A DNA stretch of 63,413 nucleotides, counting the filler, from Reticulomyxa filosa (lineage: Eukaryota > Protista > Foraminifera): NCBI GenBank assembly GCA_000512085.1. It is 15 parts of 15 records of this genome, joined end to end, with 100 filler letters (N's around TTAATTAATTAA, not from the genome) between each part and the next. Parts side by side here need not be neighbours in the genome. Positions count along the whole stretch, not along the records: positions 24,777 to 33,219 come from ASPP01004313.1; positions 33,320 to 40,288 come from ASPP01022007.1; 13 more parts are not named here. One strand, given 5' to 3'. Under the pieces are notes generated by a model. It did no database searches and was not told the DNA's origin. It was given only the letters and a program-made list of their open reading frames with translations. The position numbers and the translations under genes are program-made. Shown piece by piece: positions 24,889-37,201 of the stretch (position 1 is the first letter of the stretch; every line of letters begins with the position of its first letter).

Positions 24889-26689
24889 CTAATAATCATT
24901 TTCATTACCTTTTTTTTGATTAATTAATTTGTCAATGACAGCAATTTCTTCTTTCATAAATTCATCTTTTAAAATATCGCATTTATTTGAGAAATAGTCC
25001 TTAAATGCCTCCAAAATATCTACTTGTGATTTCAACTGCTCACCATCACTATTTTTACCTTCATTGTTCGAAGATACGTTCTTTTGTCTGAGTCGAAACT
25101 GAATCCCAGAAGCTGTATTAATTGTTTGTCCGGCAACTACGGTACGACATAAATTGACGTAATGTGTCAATGCAATTACTTTGTGAACACCGTGACTTTC
25201 AAACCATTCTTGTTCGAAAGGATAATTTAATGCAGCACTGGGCGGTATAATTGCAGCGAATTGTTGAGATTTTCTGTTCCTGTAATAGCATTTTGATAAG
25301 TGCATTTAAACTGAACAACTACACTCGCACTATCATTTTTTTCAATATTATCATTGCGTTTGAGTTTCAAAAGCAGCATACACCCCTTTGTAATTCCTTC
25401 TTCATTCACATTTGAAGGAAACAGCGTTTTAACCGTCATTAAAGTATCTGTTGTTGACCCACGTTCGCGAGTTCCGTATACCTCATCCAACGTATACATG
25501 GACTCGAAGGCAGTTAATTTTGATTCCGAGCATTGATTGTTCTTTTCATTTTTGGCAATTTCGAGTCTTTTTGTTTGTGCGTGTATACCAATTGGACACA
25601 AACATATTCCAAATATTTTGTACAAATCTTGAAACAAACTAGTTAAATAATATGTACATACGTATATGTATATTTTTTTTTTTTGTCAAATGATTATTTA
25701 GTAAATCAAGTACGTGAAATCAAAAATAGTGGGAAAAATGCTGTATTCAAAATTTTCATTCATGATATCTTCAAATTCCTTAGCAGTTCGAACGGTCATA
25801 TACTGTGCTCCTTTCAAATTGGTAGATATGTACTGTGCCAATTCGCTTCCAAAATCTTCTCCAATGCCAACGAAAGTAGTGTAAATGTGCTGTTTACTGC
25901 AGCTGTTCGCCAAGCCAAACAGTCCCTTTTCACTTGTCTCACCGGAATTAGGCCTCATATCTGTCATAAATAAGATGCGATATTCCGTGGATGTGGAATT
26001 TTTTGTTTTTTTTGTTCGTTCTTCTTGATGTGTTCATTCAGCAATTGGCTTGCACCCTGGAATGCAACCGACAGATCAGTTCCACCACCAGCAGCAAGCG
26101 ATATAATTTTTTGCTTCAAAGACTCAGCATTAGCTTGTTTCCAAGGCGTCAGTGGAAAGACTACTTGACATTCGCTAGTGAATGTGACAATTCCCAATGA
26201 GTCATTATCTTTCAATTGTTTCAACATCGATACGAGACTATATTTGGCGACATCCAATTTGCTCGTCAACGTAGTGTCGCCTTCACCGGAAGGTATGTCG
26301 CAACTCATTGATCCGGATACGTCTAAGGCCACCACGAGTGCCACATTTGGACGACCATATTTAGCAATACCTTTTTTGCCATCGTATTTGCTATGCATTC
26401 CAATACCTAACCATTCTTGCATCTCATTCGATATCGGATCTCGACTGCGCGCATAATTGGTTCGAATGGTGAAAAAAGCCTGCTCAATATCTTTTTTTGA
26501 CTGCTCTTGTTTTGCTTCCAAATCATTTTTCTCTTCCGCGCTTATCTCACCAGCGTTTTCCACTTTCATCCCTAACGGATATGTGTCGAAATAATACCGC
26601 CCAAATATTCCCTCATGTTCAAAATCGTGCACTGAAAACACAGACTTTGATTTATGTAATGACGTTCCCAAAGTAGATGCGCTTTGCAT
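24889..26689 (-). CDS. von Willebrand factor A domain protein (prokaryote-like family)
   Basis: MIDAS motif VALDVSGSM, GGGTDL, YRILFMTD, TTFVGIGEDF, VKTLFPS. One intron ~25567-25712 and two single-base frameshifts in A-runs (~26005, ~25272). Confidence 0.85.
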
Positions 26690-28276
26690 TGCTTATTCTT
26701 ACAGTCAGTTAGTTTCAAAGGATCCTACAAAAATTTTACTACACCAAAAAACAAAACACTAGTTTGTTTTTAAATCAAAAAAAAACTTTATGTGTAGTAC
26801 TTGGCCATCCATTGAAAAGCATCGCTGATATGTTTTTTCTAAAAGCTAAGCATTAAAATAAAAAAACAAGCACACTCATTACTTTGAAGAGTTATATCCC
26901 GAAAAAAGCCACAAGTCAATGCGCTTTACATTTCTATTGTTTGATTTTTCTTGATAATTTATTAAATATTTAGTTAGATGATCCAAACAAATACTAAACT
27001 TGAGTAATTGAGCCAAATGTGTAAACAGATTCACGTACATGCTTGGTTCAACTTCGCATCGGAAGAGTACATAGTATTTATTTATCACATCCAACAATCT
27101 CAAAGTGATTTTATACGGTTCTTTGCAAGAAAGATGCAAATAAAATAGCAATAATCGTACATGTCGATTGCTTTATGCATACATATACTCCCATAGTTTA
27201 GTTATTCAAATACTTTTGGATTTTTGCCCTGTCAAAGTTCTGTCAATTGAATTTGCTGTTTCTTGTCTCAGAACTAATATACGCTTTAAAATTGATTATT
27301 TTCAAAATTTACTCACTTTTGTGCCAGTATTTTTATTGTACATACACAGAATCTATCGAAAATTCTTCAAAGAAAAAAGATGTCATAATATAAATATAAT
27401 AGCATAGCTTCAAAAATAACATTAAACAAGCCAAAACAATAAAAAAATAACCAAACACTATAATTCTATATTTACTCATTTGTGATAAAATTGATCAGCC
27501 AAAAGGTTACTTAAAAAGGGCTTAGTTCCATTTTTTTTATTTTTTTATCTATCATCGTCATAGCTCTTTCGTTATTTCCAAGGATTATGACCATATTTTT
27601 TTATTTCTTGAATGTCGACAAGTCGTGTGCACATCCAGTTGAAGTAGGTCGGTACATTGTTGACTGTTTTTTTACAAAACGACAATATTTATTTTATAAT
27701 TAAAAGAACAAAAATTGTCATTGTTTCTTTGCAAAACAATGTTTGTGAACAGTGATGTAAAATATCATAATGTAAACTCTTACCTTTTTTTCTCTTTCAA
27801 AGGAAAAATTGTTATTTATTGTATTGCAATATTAAATAGTGATTTGCTTTAGTATTGATACTTGTTATACGTAGTTTTTTCCTTTTTTGCAATGATTCCC
27901 CTTTTTGTTTTACTTGAATCACAAACGAGAGTTAGATAAATGACAAGGCATAATTACCGCATTGTGTTTCCCAAGATATGCATTTGCTAAGTTAAATACA
28001 AAAACATTTTCGACTATAAATGAATAATAGTATATTTCTTAAAAGCAACGAAAAACATTTTTGCAAGAATTTGTTGAAATGTACAATACAAAGATGTATT
28101 TAAAACATTGAATTCTCAAGTAAAAAAAAAAAGGAATTGTTTCTCCATCAAAACCACAACGAACAACAAAGATATTTAAATATTTTAGGGTGGTTGATTG
28201 GACCGGCTTGATGTCGATAAGTGTAAATTGCTGGATGACGTAAACACAAATCGTTAAATAATGGCATAGTATAAGA

Positions 28277-29142
28277 TTAAAGAGTATCACCAGTGGGATT
28301 TGTTTTTTGTGTTTTGGATTTATTTTTTTTGCGATTTTTGGATTCCGCAACCGCAGTTTCCTGAGCTTTTGTCAAGACAATCGGTTTGAAAAATTCAGTA
28401 ATTTCAATATCCCCATTTTCATTGAACGGAAGAAACCCCCCTTTACAAACAGCAAAAATTTGCAAAACCAAAGAAGACACTTCATAACATTCGTACTCTA
28501 ACACCTCACTGTCAAGCGTATTCAAATCATCACATAGCCAATACAAATCATTTGTATCTTTCCATAGATAGGCAAAATCGACATCAGGAGCATCTTTTTG
28601 TTGGTTTGTTTAATGACTCTTTGGAAAAATCCAAAAATAATTTTTTATTTTTAAAAAGGGAGCGCACCCAAAAAAAGTTCTGTTTTGCGTTCTTGTGTTT
28701 CTTTCCTATAAGAAAACGTAACTTTTCACTGTGATGTATTTAGAAGCATTTTGCGACTTTTTGGAATTAGTCTTCTTTTTTTTATTTTTTTCCTTGTTCC
28801 AGAGCTCTTCTTCAGTTTTCAACATTTGGCTCATGCGTCGATCAATTTGGAACAAAAGCTTTTTGTACAGTTCCAAATCATTTTCTTTGAATTTTAGCAA
28901 ATCTGTATTTGGAATTGTTATTACCACCGGCAGCATTATTGTTCCTATTGCCAATTTGTTGTTCTTGTTTTTTTGTTTTGTTTTCTTTGAAAAGCACATG
29001 ACTAACCGAGACGCATGTGTTCTCGCTGGACTGTAAAGAGAGCGTTACGCTTTATTGACGCTGTTCCTACAGCCTCACTCACTTCACATTGTTCAGTAAT
29101 GTCTGTAGCTTCTTCTGCTTTTTTCTCCTCTTCACAAAGCAT
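28277..29142 (-). CDS. Hypothetical multi-exon protein
   Basis: ATG at 29142 and three coding-like segments separated by probable introns; no recognised domain. Confidence 0.5.
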
Positions 29143-29385
29143 GGCGAAATAAGTGTTTGTTTGTTGTAAAGTTCAGTTTGTTTTAGACAAGACTGTTTGC
29201 AAAGAGGTAGAAGGCACGTGTAGTTACTAACTTTTTCAGTTAATTTAATAACCAAATATAAAAGAGTTGTTGTAAGCGTTTTCAGATTGTATTACAGACT
29301 CAAGAGAAAAGGAACGAAACATTCATAAATTCAAAACAAAAAACTTTGCAACATCATTGATAAAATTTTCTTGATAATTTAAGAG

Positions 29386-30616
29386 ATGTTGAAATGGTAT
29401 TCCTATTTCTTGAGTTTTGCGTTTTTGCTCATCTTTGGAATCGTGTCACATCGTATTAAGCGTCGGGTGCCTCGTGACAGTTCTCACCACGGCTTCAACG
29501 TAATAATAACTGGAGGAAGCAAAGGGATTGGCTTGAATTTGGCACATCACTTTTTGAAACTAGGGGACAATGTATTATTAGCCTCCAGAAACAAAAAGAA
29601 TTTGGAATTGGCAGTGGAAAAACTAAAGAAAAAACTTCCATCAATTTGCGAACAAGAAAAGTCTCGACTGCACAGTGTGTCAATCGTTTCTATAAGATTT
29701 TTGCTGACAAAGACAATTTGTTGTTGTTGTTGTTGAAAAAAAGCCATCTCTTGAACAATAATGACACACAAATTTTGGTATAGGTACACAATGTGATGTA
29801 ACGAATGAAAAGGATTTGGAGAAACTGTTTGCGTTTGCACACAAAATATTTGATGGCAAAATTGATATTATAATAAACAACGCAGGGATATCAACGCCAC
29901 ACAAACACGCAATGAATATGAATAATGACGAAATTCGTCGAGTAATTGATGTCAATTTAATTGGCATGTTCTCGTGCTGTCGACAAGCTATGTTATACGT
30001 AGACTCAAACGCAAACCAAAGCACAGATCATCATTTGTTCGTCTTCAACATGTGGTGTGTACAAAATATACATATATATGTACACATATATATTGTCGAG
30101 TATACGTACATGTGCGTTTATTTATGTGAACTTTTTTTTTTTATATGTTGCTTGTGCTATGATGTGATGGGGATTGAAATTTGTAGTGGCTCTGGTTCTG
30201 ATGGACACTCGACTCCACAGCATGCAGCATATGGAGTGTCCAAGGCCGGACACTTGCAATTGATGGACTCATTGAACGATGAGATTTTGAGTTGTAAGAG
30301 CCTCGAAGGCAAAATTAGTGTTCATAGCTTGCATCCAGGAATGGTGGCCACTTCTGTGTTCTCCAGTTTTGTCCATGAGGATAGTGACCTCATTATGGCC
30401 AACTCGCGGACCGAAAGTGCGGACGTTGTTTGCAACTGGCTCTGCGAAAAAATTAGAGGGGTTGTTTCTAATGCTGAAACGTTCAAAAATGGAGGGGTTT
30501 ATATTGAGTGGCACAATCCGACCAATGCTTTGCTCCGAATTTTGAAGGGGATGCTTGGCTTCCACAAACACAAATTTTTTGATTCACAAGGCAAATGCAC
30601 TGTTGATTTAGACTAA
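29386..30616 (+). CDS. Short-chain dehydrogenase, chlorophyll(ide) b reductase NOL/NYC1-like
   Basis: Introns 29675-29783 and 30055-30186 give NVIITGGSKGIG..FLKLGDNV, TQCDVT, INNAG, FNMCGSGSDGHSTPQHAAYGVSK and VHSLHPGMV. N-terminal hydrophobic anchor. Confidence 0.85.
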
Positions 30617-30866
30617 AGTCAAAACTTATGAAATAAGGCTGTTGTCATGCTTCTTCCATGTTTTGTTCTCGAAACGTATTTTTTTCTTACTTTTAGAAAT
30701 TATCGCATTTTTCTATGCCAGTCATAACTTTTCGACACATTTTTTAGAAAGCTTGTGAACAATAGACGTGTTTTTGTTTTATTCTTTACCATTAAACTGC
30801 TTGGTATTGAAGTAACTAAAAAAAGGGGACGACGAACTTTTCTAACTTCAATTTTTTTGTTTTCTA

Positions 30867-31784
30867 ATGTCGTTATTTTGTAACATGACGTTTTTTGGGA
30901 TTGGCTTGATTCAACTTTTACCTGCTATTGTATCGGGTTTATTCTCTCTAGCTTATGATATTGTTTGTGGACATCCGTTGTACGTCCTAAAGACACATGA
31001 TCAAATGAGTGACGAATTTCTAGGACTTAGAGATTTGGTGGATAAATTGATGAAAGAGAAAGGGTTAATTGGTTTTTGGAATGGCTATTTGCCTTGGGGC
31101 ATTTTGATATCATTGACGACAGGTATTTCGTTTCAAATTGGCAAACAGTTAGTCCTCCAAACTTATTCACTCTTCTTCAGAGGCACTCCAAACTCGATTC
31201 TAACAGCTGCATGCGCAGGATTTTTTGAGTCGTTATTTGTATCCCCGTTAGTGCTATTAAAAAACCGGGCCATAACAAAAAATATTTTGTCATGCCAAAC
31301 AAACAATTATGCACGAGTGTCCAAAAAAGCAGATGCTGTCATTATTTCACCTCAATCTTCGTTGTCATTTGTAACGAAGATTTGTCATTTATTCAAAGGA
31401 AGTGATATATTCGTGATAAAGAGAACAATGGATTGGTTTCTTCGACATTTATTTATTGATTTCTGTTTTAAGTATGTGAGCAACAATTTGTTAATAAACT
31501 CGCTCATTGGATGCACTGGCTGTGTGTATTTGACCATGTTTTTTGACTACTCACAAACTGTCATTCAAAGTGAGCAGTATAAGTTTGATGATAGTATTTC
31601 TTTGATTACTATTGTTAAGACTCATTTCAATGACAAGTCTTTCCACGATGTTATGACAAAAGGATTGAAATACAAAATTTTGAACACAGCTTTGTCCACT
31701 ATTGTTTTTAAAGACATCATCCCAGTAATTGTTAAATTTGTACAAACCCAAAATAGCAAGCATGAACTCAAATTTGACCTTTGA
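30867..31784 (+). CDS. Mitochondrial carrier (SLC25) protein, Yhm2-like, intronless
   Basis: 305 aa, three-repeat layout with GHPLYVLKT, SPLVLLKNR and degenerate TMFFDYSQT. GFWNGYLPWG resembles Yhm2 GYYQGLIPW. Confidence 0.75.
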   Translation: MSLFCNMTFFGIGLIQLLPAIVSGLFSLAYDIVCGHPLYVLKTHDQMSDEFLGLRDLVDKLMKEKGLIGFWNGYLPWGILISLTTGISFQIGKQLVLQTYSLFFRGTPNSILTAACAGFFESLFVSPLVLLKNRAITKNILSCQTNNYARVSKKADAVIISPQSSLSFVTKICHLFKGSDIFVIKRTMDWFLRHLFIDFCFKYVSNNLLINSLIGCTGCVYLTMFFDYSQTVIQSEQYKFDDSISLITIVKTHFNDKSFHDVMTKGLKYKILNTALSTIVFKDIIPVIVKFVQTQNSKHELKFDL

Positions 31785-32485
31785 TTCAAATTTTTTTTTT
31801 TTTTTTTGTAAAGCCGTTCCAAAATTTTTGTGCTGCTTTGTTTTGGAAGCGAGTTTCTTGTTTTTGTTTGTGTGAGAGTTAAAGAATGTTGATTTTGTTG
31901 TTTCTTGTGTGATTAGTTTCCCTTCCTTTCCTCTGGCTGCCTCCATTTATTTTGACCTTAGTCAAAAGTGTGAAGAACACAATTTTAAGTTATTGTTAAT
32001 GTGTGTTCTTGTTGTGTAGGAAAAATTGCACTGCAGAAGTGCAACACAAAAGCTGTGCTCTTTCAAACAAAATTCCAACAAAAAGCAAAAGAAAATTAAA
32101 ATAGATCAAAGCAAGAATGAAAAGAAAATTAGTAAAAACTTAAAGCAAAACATTTAGGGAGAAAGATTTTAATATTCCTTTGGAACTTTATGACTGAACG
32201 ACGGAACCTTAAGGGTAGTGCGTCGATTTTTCAAGTGTTGAGTAAAAGAAACAATGTAGATTAGTAAATGAAGCCAAAGTAAAAGACAAGTTGCTTAAAT
32301 TTGAAGTGTGAAAGTGTATTGCCAAAAGTAATCTGCGTCGTAATTATCGAATGTTTAAAAGTAAATGTGCTGAAGTAAACACAAGCAATATAAACATAGG
32401 AAAAACAAACAAATAACAGATATGATAATCGAAAGCTCAAATTTTGAATTCTCAGCATTTTCAAAAACAAAAATAATTTTTTTTT

Positions 32486-33219
32486 TTACAACAATAATGG
32501 AATGGTGTTGGGAACGACTTCAATTAATAAGGGCGTCTTTAGTCCAATCTCGCCATCAATACCAGCACAACTGTCTAGCCCATGGAAAGGGATCAATTCA
32601 CACTTTTTGCAACGAATATACATAATGCCATTTTTCTCATAGCTGGAGTTCAGAAAAGACTCACCAGTCGGGAGCTTGCTGAACAATGCAGCAGTGCTCG
32701 CCCTTGTCGTTCGGCACAAAAGTGCAAGATCCATATATTCGCTATCCATTTTGGCAAAGGGACAAATCATCAGACCTTTGCCAAAATACTTTCCATTCAA
32801 AGCCGCGAAAACAATCAGGTCCAAGTCGATCATATATTTTCCGTCGTCAATTTTCAGTGTGACAAAACGGGAGGAAAACTTTAGAATTTGATACACCGCG
32901 CAGATGTCATAACGAGCCCCGCCAAAGACATTTCGCATTAGCGGGTGATTCGAGTTCTCCGCGGTGTCACTAGGAACCCCCCAGTACACCATTGACGATG
33001 CATACAATACATTTCCTTGTTTATCTGTCATTTTCAAACACGACAGCTTTTTCAACTCTCCATTGCCAGATATCACTTTTTTCCAGATACGTGTCATTAT
33101 TCTAACAAACAAATGTGCCCCCCCCCCAAAAAAAAAAAAGGGGGAGAGAAGGAAATTAAAGCAAATTAAACCAAAATCAAAACCAAAATTATTTAAGCCA
33201 TATATCTCTCCGAGTATTC
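32486..33219 (-). CDS. C-terminal part of a DAG kinase/sphingosine kinase (YegS-like) protein
   Basis: FGGARYD, ALNGKYFGKGLMICPFAKMD..MDL, GIDGE; 5' part beyond the contig edge. Confidence 0.85.
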
Positions 33220-33321
33220 NNNNNNNNNNNNNNNNNNNNNNNNNNNNNNNNNNNNNNNNNNNNTTAATTAATTAANNNNNNNNNNNNNNNNNNNNNNNNN
33301 NNNNNNNNNNNNNNNNNNNTG

Positions 33322-33543
33322 ACATTTGAAGAACTCTTTCGTCAAGTTCATAATTGTCTAGAATGGAAAGACTTACAAAAAATGAGAAATGATAATTTAA
33401 AGCTTGAATTGGCTGTTATGAAAGATAATATGATTGAATCAGATGAAGCTGTAAAAAAAGAATTTGAAAGTAATGAACCAACATTTAAAGTAATTTGGAC
33501 TACATTTCAACCAATAATAATAGGAAGATTGGTTATCCATTAA
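33322..33543 (+). CDS. Terminal fragment with a PB1-like acidic motif; possibly a truncated member of the Kelch/caspase family
   Basis: TFEELFRQVHNCLEWKDLQKMRNDNLKLELAVMKDNMIESDEAVKKEFESNEPTFKVIW. Family link is from recall, not verified. Confidence 0.4.
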   Translation, partial: TFEELFRQVHNCLEWKDLQKMRNDNLKLELAVMKDNMIESDEAVKKEFESNEPTFKVIWTTFQPIIIGRLVIH

Positions 33544-34799
33544 GTCAGACGCTAAGGGAAGTTCGAGGAGATATTAAGAAAAAAGGAGGTGGAGAATGGT
33601 ATTGTGTCAAGACACCATTGATTATGATATTTCATTTCAACAAAGAAAGCTTGTATAAAAGCTTTTTTTTAAACAAATAATAAGTAAATAGTTCATTTGA
33701 GACTTTCTTTTTTTTTACATTGAATTATTTTGTCTCAAATATTTGAAACACACACAAATTCAATTAGCTCTTCGATCATAAAAAAAAAACAAAAACATTT
33801 TTATCTTTTCTTTCAATTGATTGATTAAAAAATCAATTTCATAAAGTGCAACAACTTTATATTTTTGCTTCCATGAGATATATTTTTTCATTAATTTTTA
33901 ATTTACCAACTATGTTTTTTTTTTCCTAAAAAAAAATTCTACATGACTGTTTTTGTGTGTAACATGCTATATATTAACTTCATTCAGATAAAATGATAAT
34001 ATGACATAATTTCATTTTTACAAACAAATAGATTATCAAATCTCTTAAAAAGATCAATTTGCATAATTTTAATAGATTTGAACATTTTCAATTTTTCAAA
34101 AAAAAACTGTTTGATTCAAAAGAAAATCTTCAATTTTAAAAAACTAGATGAAAAATTGGATTAAAATTGACTCTTTGAGTCAAATAATTTGTAGTTTCTA
34201 TTTTAAAAATAACAAAAAACTTACTAAACTATTTCAAATTAATTGACGAAGACATATAATTTATGCAATTACATAGCAGTTTTAATGTTTTATTTAAAAT
34301 CTTTGAAATATTGCCATTTTCATTGAATCTTTTCAAAGAATACAATGACAGATATAGAAAAAGTTTGAAAGTAATTCAATCAATAAATGTGCTTTGAAAA
34401 GAATTGAATTGAATTGTATTTTATGATTATTTATAAAAATTTTACTCAGATATAAGGTATTGATGACTTTCCTCAACAAAACATATATTAACGCAATAAC
34501 TACGTGACAATTAAAAGAGGACAAATTTATGATTTAATTCTTTTTATTTAAATAAATATGCTAACACTTCCAAAAAAATATTTTTCAATAAATTTTTATC
34601 TATTGAAATATTTCATAGGTTCGAAAGTGTTTTTTTACATAATATGAACTTAGCTTTTGTCATGCATCAAATAAAGGGCAAATTAGTTGGCTAATGAAAA
34701 CAGTAATTTGTTTTGAAAGTATATTGAAAATTATCGAACTATGAAGAAGTATTTGCAAATATCTTCACTCTTCTATATTCAACCCTTTTTTGTCACTTG

Positions 34800-35240
34800 A
34801 TTTGTTTCCACAATGACATAATAAGCAAAGTATGAATTGCACACAACATTAAATGAACTGTTTTTTTAATAATAATTCCAGTTTCTTGATTATTACAACT
34901 GATATTAGACAGAGAGCATGTTCTTATTCCTTATATTGTCATCAGACAATTTTTTCATATCAAATTAAATTTGATGAATAGGATCAAAATAAAAAATTAA
35001 AGTGTTTTTATTTCAATTATTCATAACAGTGTTCAATGACTATCAGTTGATCTAAATAAAAAAGGAAAAAAGAAAAAGGAAAAAATCATTTAATTTCATG
35101 ATATGAAATGACTGTTTAAAATATTTATCAAATGAACAAGTGTACCTCTCCAAATAGAATATTCAAAAGCAAATAATTTAATGCATTTCTTTCTTTTTTT
35201 GTTTTCAACAAAATTGTGAACATGAAAAACTTGAAAATTG
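34800..35240. repeat. Diverged dispersed repeat, partner at ~39930-40270 (blocks in different order)
   Basis: AAATATTTATCA..AAGTG.A.CTCTCCAAATAGAA.ATTCAAAAGCAAAT (~35120 vs ~39932), TTCCACAAT..TATGAATTGCACACAACAT.AAAT (~34805 vs ~40085) and TTCTTGATTATTACAAC (~34883 vs ~40254). Confidence 0.8.
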
Positions 35241-35379
35241 CACAGTTTCTATTACTCAGATGTAGTCATTAAAAGTTCTTTGCTTTTGACTTTTTTTATT
35301 GATTGCACTATTCACGTAGACTCTTTTCTTTGAAGGGGAAGGAATTTTATGTCCAGAAATAGTTTAGTTGAGAACTTTC

Positions 35380-35730
35380 TAATTCCCTCTTGCAAATGAA
35401 AACAGATTGAAAAAGGGCAAGCAGTGATGATTGATTTTTGTAAGTTTGGATTTCTTTTTGAACAGGAATATCTTCAAAAGAAAGTTCTTCTGCTTTGCAT
35501 AAAAAAAAAGGAATTACATTCTTCATTTAATTATTCATTTATCAAAAACACAGATTTTTCCAAAAATAGTAATTTATTCATATTAAGTATTTGTAGACTT
35601 TTTTTTAGAAATTATTTCTTGAAAATCACAAATAACTCTTGTCCAATTCAATTACATGACAAGTGTCAATATTCAAGGAATAATGTAGCACGAAGACAAA
35701 TTAGTGATTTAACAGTGATGTAAATAAGGC
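35380..35730 (+). pseudogene. RING/TRAF zinc-finger family relic
   Basis: NNSCPIQLHDKCQYSRNNVARRQISDLTVM is typical of the RING-to-TRAF junction; disrupted upstream. Confidence 0.55.
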
Positions 35731-37201
35731 AATTTGAACAAGAGTCAAAGACTGGATATAATAACGATGGATTTTTTGACCATTTGGTCAGCTACACAAG
35801 AACATCAAATTGTGGGTCCAAATGATCCATTTGAGACTTTTGTTGTTTTTTATTTTATTCATGTTTCTAAGTTTCAAATATTTTTGCAAAATTCAATGAA
35901 TTACTTTGACCACAAAAATACTATATCCTTTCATGAGCAATTGGATAATAATTTTGTTTGATTTGCTAAATCAAAAATTTTTAAAAAAAAGAATTAATAA
36001 TATCTGTAATAGTTTAAAATTGAGTTTAATACGCAATTAGAAATTAGTTTTGATAGTGTATTTAGAAATGTAGACAGCTAAGTATCTGGTCATTTTGAAA
36101 ACAAGATGTTAACATAATTATCCTTAAATCTGTTTCAATAAACTTTTAACTTGAAAACATAAAATATCGACATTTGTGTACTTGAAGAAGCGAAGATGAG
36201 ATAGTTGCATTACACTGAGATTGTCTTTTGAAAGGTGATTTTATCACCTCATTTTTTTGTCACGTTCCGTTCGATTGAACAACATTTACTAAATTCGCAA
36301 AAGAAAGTAAAAAATTTGAACTTCTAACGTTAACTCGCCACCACAAAGTGTCTAGTGCCGTTCACGGTCGATACATACTCCTCTGAGATTGAAGAGAGGC
36401 ATGGGGCTAAGATGGGCGTCTGTGTTGTTGCGTTCGAGTAGTGTAGGCATGAATCCAGATTCAAAGGGGCTACAACTTAAAAAAATTACTTAAAATACGA
36501 TTTTAAAAAATACATCTTCTCGACAGAAAACAAAAGATCCATTTTGTTTCAACACTGAAGAAATTTTTTTTCTCAGTTTCAACAGTTTTTTTGTTGATTC
36601 AACCCAATAAAAGGCTAGTAGAACAATCTTCATCAAACAAATACTTCAAAAAAACCTTCCAAAGGAGTTTAATTTTGGGCGATAAACATTGTTGTTGTGA
36701 GGGAGCACAAAATGTGAGTTTGAAAAAGATCCTCAACCTATTGAAGTTTGTTCCCCTTTTGCAAAAAACAAAAAAAGCGTGTACAGTCCTTTCCCAAAAA
36801 AACTTCATTGAAATTACCAAAATGAGTCCCGCTTTGAATGAATTATAATTGTAACAAGTAAAAAATTGCTTTCGTTCAACTTCAATTGATGCTAAGGAAT
36901 TTTTTTAGCTAACTCTCCAAATTAAAAGAAATTTATTTAAGTAAGCTTGGATGATTAAGATACAAAATTTGAACTTTTACCTCTCTTTTTCGTTTTCTTT
37001 TTGTTTGTTAATTTATTTTTATGATTTTCTTCTTAAGGATTTTTTTTGTCATGTCTTTTTTATTCTCAGAAAAGTTATGTTGTAATTAAAAACAATTGTA
37101 ATATCATTACTGTTTGTTGTTTGACTTTGTAAATGAAATATTTCGTCAAAGACAGCTATAACCCCTTCAAGACAGAAAAGTTCATATATTTTTTTTCTCT
37201 T

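Noticed and set aside
25260-26015. Programmed frameshifting in otherwise intact genes (also ~45800 and ~60048)
   Set aside because: Single-base indels sit in homopolymer runs with no shared slippery or stop motif, typical of pyrosequencing error. cDNA or Illumina reads would settle it.
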